Assembly: GCA_965235115.1 (NCBI GenBank)
Contig: OZ249445.1
Location: forward strand, 2,914,001-2,978,000
Source: Laetmonice hystrix
Taxonomy: Eukaryota
Length of the DNA stretch: 64,000 nucleotides
Direction: 5' to 3'
Each line of letters opens with the position of its first letter. The stretch's first letter is position 1. Of this stretch, positions 53,631 through 64,000 are shown one piece after another. The notes beneath the pieces were generated by a model, which worked only from the letters and a program-made list of their open reading frames with translations, searched no databases and was not told the DNA's origin. The position numbers and the translations under genes were made by a program.

Positions 53631-53863
53631 TTCTGTGCCCTCGATCTCCTTGCTACAGCTGGTCAGTGGTTCCCAGATCTTGCAGCTTTCACCATACCTC
53701 AGCATGTACTGCGCACTGTGTAAGACCACATACGTACGGTGTACATTCTGTGCCCTCGATCTCCTTGCTACAGCTGGTCAGTGGTTCCCAGATCTTGCAG
53801 CTTTCACCATACCTCAGCATGTACTGCGCACTGTGTAAGACCACATACGTACGGTGTACATTC
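53631..53863. repeat. Apparently perfect 115-bp tandem duplication
   Basis: ttctgtgccctcgatctcc...tacggtgtaca starts at 53631 and again at 53746. Confidence 0.93.
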
Positions 53864-55492
53864 AGGGACCAGCAGTAGGCATGTACCACTGAACGCTATC
53901 AATATAACCACTTGATCGGACCAGCTCTTGTATTTGGGGGCGTATCGACTTCGGGCACCACCCAATAAACACAGGCTATCTCCTTCACTCCTGGCCGCTT
54001 ATCAGAGATGTCTTTGCCGAGCAATTACCGATAGGCACAGAGCCAAACAGAGGCAGGGCAGCTGAGCTTGACTCCATTGTCTGTCGGCCTACGTCTTACC
54101 AAGGGCCTGCCAGCCCAGCCATGGCTTGGCACAGACAACACAGGCTGGAGGCCGGTCGTAAAAGCTTTTCAAGACTTCACCTGTGTTGCTAAAGGATGTC
54201 TGAAGCCTGCTTTGGTCCCGTTTCACTCCATGCATATTCCATGGTGATTAGGAATACCAAAGAGCGGATTAATTTTCATTGCTGTGTCTTCAGAAACTTA
54301 ATCGTTTGCTTCGCAAACAATGGTTATGGGACCATGGGGTCGGCGTGAGGCTTAAGCCTTCAAGTGTTGATGTGAATGCAAGGGCAGGGGATGCGGTTGG
54401 GCCGGGGGCTGGGGGCCGGGGTGGGGGCCCCAACTGGAGTTGTACAATGTCCATTATGGGGCTTTAGCAGAGGCACGTGGCAGTCCCTAATGGTGGGTGT
54501 TTGACGTGTGCCGGAGGGGGTGCTTGGTGTTTCCCCATGAAGTGTACCCCCCTCTGTGTAAGGACCCCACCGATGCATTTGGCTCAGTTCCACCCTTACA
54601 TCATCCCCGGCAGCAGTCGTGGTAAAGGCCGGTCCTTCCCCCCCCCCCCCTCCTCCCGCCCCGGACACAGCGGCCCCCGGCCCGGCGGAACAAACAACGG
54701 TCAACGGACCGCCTTTGTCCTGCTCCAACCCTGGCCCTGTGTTGACTCCCAGTCGCCTGCGCACACCTGACTCGGCAGGCCTAACTCACCTGTGCTCCCA
54801 CTCCTCCAAACACCCTCCCTCCCCTACCACGGGCTCCAATTAAAATGCCGGCCGCATGCCGGCCATCTCCCGGGCCGTGTTGGCAGTGGTGCCGCGTGTA
54901 CTATGTGTGCCGTAACCGGAGCAGGACGGACAGCAAACGCCCAGCAAACGCTGAGTAAACTCGTCGCCCATACCTGCTTCTGATCCTGCGGCCCGTACAC
55001 AAACACCATGCATCATGCGCGCCGATTAGCCACAATTCCCCTCATGTTTATTCATGAGAAGAATTCATGATTTTAACACTATGGGTGAGGAGCAGGGCGG
55101 GTGGGGGCTGGGGTTGAGATGCTGACTGTGGGAACACGCTCCATGACAGCGTTAGGGCGATGAAATGGCGGCGATAGCTTCTGATGAAGCAGCATTTGAA
55201 CAGAGGTGATGGATGGGACGACATCCTGGACCATCCGTCAACACCCCCACCCCACCTTCTCCTCCTGGGGCGGGCGCCTCCAGATCTGACGCCTCCCGCT
55301 GCAGGCTGGACGCGTACCTGGGCGTCTCACCTGGCCAGTGTTTGATCTGTCCCGCCGCCTGCCGTCCGCCTACCGGTCCTCCTCACTCGGCCCAGTCCCA
55401 TCCATGTGGCGGGAACTGGTCACAGCATACGTACAATCAGTTCGCAATATTCACACTGGGACCAGTACAGTTCTATGGTTTAACTTGGCTTA

Positions 55493-58027
55493 TCTACACA
55501 ATAACAAGACCCAGAGAACCATGCCCTCCCAACCTGAGACTACACTTGCCTGCCGCAGTACGAGAAATCTACACAATAACAAGACCCAGAGAACCATGCC
55601 CTCCCACCCTGAGACTACACTTGCCTGCCAGTACGAGAAATCTACACAATAACAAGACCCAGAGAACCATGCCCTCCCAACCTGAGACTACACTTGCCTG
55701 CCAGTACGAGAAATCTACACAATAACAAGACCCAGAGAACCATGCCCTCCCAACCTGAGACTACACTTGCCTGCCGCAGTACGAGAAATCTACACAATAA
55801 CAAGACCAAGAGAACCATGCCCTCCCACCCTGAGACTACACTTGCCTGCCAGTACGAGAAATCTACACAATAACAAGACCCAGAGAACCATGCCCTCCCA
55901 CCCTGAGACTACACTTGCCTGCCAGTACGAGAAATCTACACAATAACAAGACCCAGAGAACCATGCCCTCCCAACCTGAGACTACACTTGCCTGCCGCAG
56001 TACGAGAAATCTACACAATAACAAGACCCAGAGAACCATGCCCTCCCACCCTGAGACTACACTTGCCTGCCGCAGTACGAGAAATCTACACAATAACAAG
56101 ACCCAGAGAACCATGCCCTCCCAACCTGAGACTACACTTGCCTGCCGCAGTACGAGAAATCTACACAATAACAAGACCCAGAGAACCATGCCCTCCCAAC
56201 CTGAGACTACACTTGCCTGCCAGTACGAGAAATCTACACACTAACAAGACCCAGAGAACCATGCCCTCCCAACCTGAGACTACACTTGCCTGCCGCAGTA
56301 GGGGAAATCTACACAATAACAAGACCCAGAGAACCATGCCCTCCCAACCTGAGACTACACTTGCCTGCCAGTACGAGAAATCTACACAATAACAAGACCC
56401 AGAGAACCATGCCCTCCCAACCTGAGACTACACTTGCCTGCCAGTACGAGAAATCTACACACTAACAAGACCCAGAGAACCATGCCCTCCCAACCTGAGA
56501 CTACACTTGCCTGCCAGTACGAGAAATCTACACAATAGCAAGACCCAGAGAACCATGCCCTCCCAACCTGAGACTACACTTGCCTGCCAGTACGAAAAAT
56601 CTACACAATAACAAGACCCAGAGAACCATGCCCTCCCAACCTGAGACTACACTTGCCTGCCGCAGTACGAGAAATCTACACAATAACAAGACCCAGAGAA
56701 CCATGCCCTCCCAACCTGAGACTACACGTGCCTGCCGCAGTACGAGAAATCTACACAATAACAAGACCCAGAGAACCATGCCCTCCCAACCTGAGACTAC
56801 ACGTGCCTGCCGCAGTACGAGAAATCTACACAATAACAAGACCCAGAGAACCATGCCCTCCCAACCTGAGACTACACTTGCCTGCCGCAGTACGAGAAAT
56901 CTACACAATAACAAGACCCAGAGAACCATGCCCTCCCAACCTGAGACTACACTTGCCTGCCGCAGTACGAGAAATCTACACAATAACAAGACCCAGAGAA
57001 CCATGCCCTCCCAACCTGAGACTACACTTGCCTGCCGCAGTACGAGAAATCTACACAATAACAAGACCCAGAGAACCATGCCCTCCCAACCTGAGACTAC
57101 ACTTGCCTGCCGCAGTACGAGAAATCTACACAATAGCAAGACCCAGAGAACCATGCCCTCCCAACCTGAGACTACACTTGCCTGCCAGTACGAGAAATCT
57201 ACACAATAACAAGACCAAGAGAACCATGCCCTCCCAACCTGAGACTACACTTGCCTGCCAGTACGAGAAATCTACACAATAACAAGACCAAGAGAACCAT
57301 GCCCTCCCAACCTGAGACTACACTTGCCTGCCGCAGTACGAGAAATCTACACAATAACAAGACCCAGAGAACCATGCCCTCCCAACCTGAGACTACACTT
57401 GCCTGCCAGTAAGAGAAATCTACACAATAACAAGACCCAGAGAACCATGCCCTCCCAACCTGAGACTACACTTGCCTGCCAGTACGAGAAATCTACACAA
57501 TAACAAGACCCAGAGAACCATGCCCTCCCAACCTGAGACTACACTTGCCTGCCGCAGTACAAGAAATCTACACAATAACAAGACCCAGAGAACCATGCCC
57601 TCCCAACCTGAGACTACACTTGCCTGCCAGTACGAGAAATCTACACAATAACAAGACCCAGAGAACCATGCCCTCCCAACCTGAGACTACACTTGCCTGC
57701 CAGTACGAGAAATCTACACAATAACAAGACCCAGAGAACCATGCCCTCCCAACCTGAGACTACACTTGCCTGCCGCAGTACGAGAAATCTACACAATAAC
57801 AAGACCCAGAGAACCATGCCCTCCCAACCTGAGACTACACTTGCCTGCCAGTACGAGAAATCTACACAATAACAAGACCCAGAGAACCATGCCCTCCCAA
57901 CCTGAGACTACACTTGCCTGCCAGTACGAGAAATCTACACAATAACAAGACCCAGAGAACCATGCCCTCCCAACCTGAGACTACACTTGCCTGCCGCAGT
58001 ACGAGAAATCTACACAATAACAAGACC
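55493..58027. repeat. 73/75-bp minisatellite, ~34 copies
   Basis: Unit acacaataacaagacccagagaaccatgccctcccaacctgagactacacttgcctgcc[gc]agtacgagaaatct. Runs of 75-bp units create the 25-aa periodic ORFs. Confidence 0.98.
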
Positions 58028-60042
58028 GAGAAGGGACGATTCTAGGCAATAAAAGGTCAAATACTGCCCTCTGGAGGACGGGTTGATCTGCTGGCAGAGG
58101 GGGTAACATACAGGGGAGGGGGTAACGTACAGGGAGGGGGTGACAGCGCCACCCTGACTGGACATATAAAGGGCCCTCATGTTTAACCCGAGGTGTATCG
58201 TACATGAACATTGGTGAACTATACCTGAGCATGTGCTTGCGTAACACGCCTGGCCTTCAGGTGGTGATTACGTAACCATGTCACGCTATGGACAACTAGC
58301 TTCCAGTCTCAAGTACGTTCTCAGTACCCGCGCCATCTTGGATCACGTGCCCGCGTACGGCGCCTGAATCATACTGCTCACTCATGCCAGCTTCAGTCTC
58401 AACTTTATGTCGGGACAGATCAAGAGGGTTGGTGAATGAGCTAGCTACCCCCTCCCTCTAATCCCACAACTATGTTTGAATCTCCCTCCTTAATCCCCCC
58501 CCCCCCAGGTTGCCCCCGCTCTCTGGTGTTTCTTCGGAGTTGAAAGAAAATATAATTTATGAAAAAATAAACTCAATCCTTTAAGTCGGCTGATATATTT
58601 TCTTAGTCAATCCCCTTTAAATTATCTTTGACCCTCAGCGTTTATTAATGCTGTCATCTGGATTTGTCATACAGAAGGGTCTATTTCTTAAAGTGTCCGA
58701 GAGAATCTAAACTGATGAAACTTGTACTTAACACCCACCGTTCAACCTCAGGCTCCTTGCAATAATCTGACCCTGTTTTATGCTGTCGCTATAAGAAAGC
58801 ATGGAACTCCTCAGACTGCTTTATGCCACCGCCTTTAAGGAACCTAAAATCTGACGACATGTCCAGAAGAACGCGCATCTTGAGGGTGATCTTTTGTTTC
58901 AGAGCGCGGCCTTGCATGGCGGGCGAAGGCCAAGGGGCTGGGGGGCTGGGGTCTTGTCACGCAGGTCAACACGGCCTCTAACAGAGGTGCTTGCATGTCC
59001 CATCTCTATCGGCGACCATCCATGGTCAGTGTCTCAGTGTCCATTTAGACTGACCATCCTGGCCTTGCTGGCCGCCGGACCATTCGCCATGCCGCTTATC
59101 ACCAGTCCCCTACACGGCCAACAAATCACCCACAACCGCGCCCACTATCGGGCAAACCCTCCCGCCACACCACGCCCTATCTCGGCCGGCGTGCTGACCG
59201 CAGTATTTCCACGAGATCCCGAATGGTCAACGAGGTTCAAGACCCTCCCGCAAACCGTCCCATCATTATAACATGCATAGGCCGCAGTGTAACATCAAAA
59301 ATCCATACCGCCATCAAGAGAGCCAGAGTCGGCGGGTAAGAAATGCATGAAGCCGGGGCTCACCCTACGCCCTGGTCAGCCCGGGGATCAACTTGTATGT
59401 ATGAGCTGACCACAGTGATCACAAGTCACATGGACTCACAATATGCTTGCCCACATGATAGCCATCTTCCATAAATAGAGGAATCTGGCCAAAGACCCCC
59501 TGATACGACACTTGGCGTAGATTGACAAGCCGATGGTATCATAAGTTCATGTCAGTATTGACATCACCTCAGATAATTCCCATATAGATGGACATCCCCA
59601 CACTGCGAGAAGATCTACTGCTCCACCAGCGAGTGAGGACAGGGGCTTTGAGACAATCCAGGTGTCGGGGTTGGGGCTCGGACCATACACAGGCTGGGAG
59701 GCCGCCGACTTCTACCTCCAACTTTGACTAGCACCGTTTTCTCCACGGCCTGCTTGCTCTAATATGGAAGCAAGGATCCATCTAAGATGAACTCATGGAT
59801 TGATCACTTATGGGCAATCAGTGGAAAGGTCAATAAGCTTTCAATAGCCAATCAATGAGGGCAATTGGCTGGCTGTGTCCCTCTTATGACTTGGAGGCTG
59901 TGGCTGCAGGGGAATCGCATAAAATCTGCCCGGTATTTACCCACAATGCATCCAAACAGCCTGGCGATGAGACAGGCCATACACGGACGCACAAATTCAC
60001 CAACCGTAGAAAATGATCGCAGTGGCAAAAAACCTAGGCTTC

Positions 60043-60057
60043 CCGTTAGGGGGCGCT
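60043..60057 (+). promoter_or_regulatory. CTCF-like motif inside the TCAAT-rich block
   Basis: CCGTTAGGGGGCGCT versus the CTCF core CC(A/G)(C/G)(C/T)AG(A/G)(G/T)GGC(A/G). Motif match only. Confidence 0.35.
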
Positions 60058-61351
60058 GATCGTGGGCCATGTCAATGTGCGTCAATACAGCCAATCAAAT
60101 AAATTCTGGGTGGCGGCAATTTGAGCGGTGCTGGCCGGTGGAGGGATGGGATCGCAGACAATTTGGGGTATCTATTGAGAGGGGGGTCAAACGCAGTGGC
60201 CCTTACTGGGGAGCGGTTGGATGCAGGGTTGGGGACGTGGGCCACCTGATCACTGACAGGTCAATGTATGTCAATATGGTCAATCAAATGATGCCAGCCT
60301 CGTGGTAATTTCAGATAGAACCAGCTGCGGAGGTACCAAATCACATACAACTTGTAGTTATCTTACCACGGGAGGGTCGCCCTACCAAGGTCTATCGCCA
60401 GCCCGACTCGCCTACTACAATTGTACAAAATGCCGGCGCGAATGGCTGGAGGAGAGAAATTCCAATGGACCTCGATCAGGCTGTTAGATCAATGTATCTC
60501 AATAGGCAATCAGGTAGGATGTTTATGCTGGGTGAGGTGGGGGTGGGGGTGATGCATTTGCAGTCTACATTTCAGAGGGTATCTCCCTGGTGTCTTCCTG
60601 CCACATGAATTTGTTTGAGAATACCCATAACAGCGGATTCTTCAGGCAGACACCAACGCCTCCCAACGCCTCGACACCGACACAGATCATCAACACATTC
60701 ATATTCACATCTTGGCTTTTTTCATCATGATATGTTTCTGAATACGTCCGCTAGAGGGCCGACCCCATGCAGCTTGATTGGCTGGTGGGTCAATCTGCAT
60801 CAATAGCCAATCAAAAGACTGACGGAGCCTCCACCCTGACTGGCATGTGTAAGGGCAGGTCGGGGCCATTGCATGCAAAGCCTCGTAGCTGGCCCAGTTC
60901 ATCGCTGGACATGTCGGCCCATGATCTTAACTCTGCTGGACAGCGCCTACACAAAGCTGTCATCTTCCATCGCACGCCCAATTCCTTGATGCCCCCTTCC
61001 GTGGGCCCCACCATACACTACCCGTGGGCCCCACCATACACTATCCGCAAAGCTCAGAGAACCGGCCAACTCCGGGACGGCCACTGCTGCCAACTCTGGG
61101 ACAGGGTCTGCTGTACCCTGCGGGTCAGGACGGGATGACAGAAACTACCCAACAGCTCACTCCACTACACTCTTCGACAGGGATTCTTTAGATTCCGGGA
61201 CAGGGACTACTACAGACTCTGGGGCAGGGATACACTGGGACAGGGATATTGTAAACCTGGGGACAGGGCCTGCTGTAAACAAGCGCTGATTACCCTGGGA
61301 CAGGGAGCGTACCCACTAGGGCACCGTAACGACCTCACTGCTCCTGGAAGG

Positions 61352-62140
61352 ACAACTCATACTCTCAGTCTGACAAAACTCTCTTCTTTAGCCTACACTC
61401 TGGGACACACGAGTACGACACAAACAACTCATACTCTCAGTCTGACAAAACTCTCTTATTTAGCCTACACTCTGGGACACAAGAGTACGACACAAACAAC
61501 TCATACTCTCAGTCTGACAAAACTCTCTTCTTTAGCCTACACTCTGGGACACAAGAGTACGACACAAACAACTCATACTCTCAGTCTGACAAAACTCTCG
61601 TCTTTAGCCTACACTCTGGGACACAAGAGTACGACACAAACAACTCATACTCTCAGTCTGACAAAACTCTCGTCTTTAACCTCCACTCTGGGACACAAGA
61701 GTACGACACAAACAACTCATACTCTCAGTCTGACAAAACTCTCGTCTTTAGCCTACACTCTGGGACACAAGAGTACGACACAAACAACTCATACTCTCAG
61801 TCTGACAAAACTCTCGTCTTTAGCCTACACTCTGGGACACAAGAGTACGACACAAACAACTCATACTCTCAGTCTGACAGAACTCTCGTCTTTAGCCTAC
61901 ACTCTGAGACACAAGAGTACGACACAAACAACTCATACTCTCAGTCTGACAAAACTCTCTTCTTTAGCCAACACTCTGTGACACAAGAGTACGACACAAA
62001 CAACTCATACTCTTAGTCTGACAAAACTCTCGTCTTTAGCCTACACTCTGGGACACAAGAGTACGACACAAACAACTCATACTCTTAGTCTGACAAAACT
62101 CTCTTCTTTAACCTACACTCTGGGACACAAGAGTACGAAA
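61352..62140. repeat. 72-bp minisatellite, ~11 copies
   Basis: Unit acaactcatactctcagtctgacaaaactctcgtctttagcctacactctgggacacaagagtacgacacaa. Confidence 0.97.
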
Positions 62141-62712
62141 CAAGACCGATCTACACTCTGAGACTTGTCTACATGAACCCATAGACTGTAGTTTGATAGG
62201 GACTGCGGGGAATGTGAGAGCAGGGCTACTGTGTAATATTTCCTGTCCTTCCGACTCTTTGTGTTGGTTTCCGGGTTGGCCCAACACTGAGGCAGAGAGT
62301 AACGAATGTAACCACCATTAGAATGCAGCGCGACGTGTCGGGTGGAGGTTAAAGTACGCTAGGTTGTCCTATCATTCATCGTAATCAGCTTTGAATTAGA
62401 CGTGTTAGTCTGATATCTGCTCAGTATCTGATTTATTACCCCCACAGGTTACCTCCACCCCACACAAGCTTTCATTCTTATGAGGCCGGCTGCGGGGTGG
62501 CCCTGCGGGGGCAAAAGGACATCCCCAATAAAGTCCAGGTGCGAGAGACGGTGACCATGTCCCTGCCTAGTAATCCCTCTAGCTGGCGTACATGAGAGCT
62601 TGGCAAGATCTCATTCTCCCGGAACCCTGTCTGTCCATTGGGTGAGACCCCTCGGGCCACCTACAGTTCACAGTTTGAACCAGCGGATTGAGGTGTCAAC
62701 CCTATGTCTGTA

Positions 62713-63120
62713 CAGGGTGTCAAGTGCCAATGACCCTAAAAAAATAGGAAAATAGGAATGTGCTGTCCCAAAAAATAAGAATAAAATAGGAATATCAAAC
62801 AAAAAATATATGGAAAATAGGAATTTTTTTAAATAGTCAGTATCGACATAGATAAACATGTTATCTTTTTTGACTAATTTTTTGAGATTTTAAAGCCCAT
62901 GTCTTTGTAAAAAAATGTCGAGCGACGAGGTGGTCTTCACTTTGGTACCATTTATTGAAATTAACGCAATTTTACGGATTATAAAAATCGACTAAAGACA
63001 TGTTTAGGAATATTTTTGGGATCTGCCTAAAAAATAGGAAAAAATAGGAAGTTTACTCCAAAAATAGGAAAAATAGGAATAATGCTGAAAAATAGGAAAA
63101 AATAGGAACTTGACACCCTG
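62713..63120. mobile_element. 408-bp non-autonomous DNA transposon (MITE; hAT-like termini, 6-bp TSD)
   Basis: TIRs CAGGGTGTCAAG ... CTTGACACCCTG. The direct repeat TCTGTA sits at 62707-62712 and 63121-63126. About 10 subterminal AATAGGAA repeats. Confidence 0.85.
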
Positions 63121-64000
63121 TCTGTATCTTCGTGTGAAATCCGTCTCGACTACCATAGCCGTCGCAGCTTAGAAAGTCTAAAATGCCTCAAACTGAGCAA
63201 TAATCCAATATCTATGATCTAACTCTTCGCAGAATTAAAGCCGAGGCCCAGTTCTCTCCTGCCTGCCAAAGAGGTCTATGTATCATTGGTGGTAGAAATT
63301 GCAACCTACATCTGCCAAATCTGTATCGATTAACAATTGTAGGTGTGTGTCAGTGAGGGAGAAGCTAGCACGTAAACGCCTTGGCTGCCCTTACGTGCTT
63401 AGTCCTGCTCAACAACTATCAGACAGCCACGACTGCTGTTAGAGTATTGACTTTCCTATTGATTCGTCAAGCATATGACAGAAATATAATAAAAACTGTG
63501 CTTTTCTTTGTCTAGTCCAAAAACAGCTGGCACAAAAATGACACATTTTATCAACGGCAATGAAAAGCTGGTGTCCCCATGAACATAACCCTTTAAAATT
63601 GCCTCTTTTAAGGATCAATAATTCCAACTGTTGCATATTTCATAGACTTTTGACGTTTTCAACCTTGGCTCTTTATTTATTTTCAATTACTCTGGTGCTA
63701 AGATCTGTTGGCTTGGCATTTTTGGCATTTGACATCATGGTATTCAGCCATGGGGAGTTTTGATTTTGCAATCAAATGCATATCTGTAAAAGATTTAAGA
63801 GAAGTCAAACAGAGTTTGTGGATGGGAACCTGGTGTGTCAGAGTAGTTAGTATTTGATGTGGCTTCGTTTATTCGCTGCCCTGGCATATCGCACACATGG
63901 CCAGGCACGGCCACGGAAGGCTCACCCTCGGGACCTTTACGGGGGTAACTCTCACTTCGCTCATACCCATGCTCCACAGACCACATCACGACTCTATGCG

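Larger units (their letters stand above)
2103..64000 (-). other. Probable large onecut intron between the CUT exon (outside the window) and the homeobox exons
   Basis: Both exons need an upstream phase-1 donor. Manual searches for CUT motifs (SQGTLS, NPKPW, WKWLQEP, QRMSALRL) on the minus strand found nothing. No other credible exons were seen. Confidence 0.6.

Noticed and set aside
55493-58027. CTGGCAG|GCAAGT GC-type donor-like motif in each 73-bp unit (reads ..RFLVLA, phase 1)
   Set aside because: The upstream sequence is not CUT-like. This is a chance resemblance repeated by the array.
5325-62140. Tandem arrays as CRISPR-like repeat-spacer systems
   Set aside because: Units are head-to-tail with no unique spacers, there are no cas-like ORFs, and the context is eukaryotic.
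63216-63232. gatctaactctt resembling miR-750
   Set aside because: The seed does not match and I saw no precursor hairpin.
63439-63790. AT-rich minus-strand ORF fragments with an LDES motif, suggesting a hAT transposase relic
   Set aside because: Too short and interrupted to support homology by eye.

Overview
Eukaryotic (animal) genomic DNA, not prokaryotic: no operons, rRNA, tRNA or CRISPR arrays were recognised. The only coding sequence I can support is the 3' end of a ONECUT (HNF6-class) gene on the minus strand. It has TWO complete homeobox exons in tandem (2102-1798 and 1398-1106). Each has its own phase-1 splice acceptor, a 15-aa linker, a homeodomain with the ONECUT-diagnostic F48/M50 residues and its own stop codon, and an AATAAA lies between them. 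This architecture points to alternative terminal exons giving two homeodomain isoforms on one CUT domain. The ORF track misses both exons because they lack an upstream start codon. I could not find the CUT-domain exon, so 2103-64000 is probably a single intron of more than 61 kb. That region holds about 20 unrelated tandem repeats (roughly 10.5 kb, about 16% of the window, by hand count). It also holds two intact MITEs (one Harbinger-like hairpin, one CAGGG-terminated with a 6-bp TSD), a possible Helentron-like relic, CTCF-like motifs and TCAAT/ATTGA clusters that could be ONECUT autoregulatory sites. The KETKRPSKEMQ homeodomain variant suggests a protostome invertebrate (inference). All counts are manual; no database searches were run.
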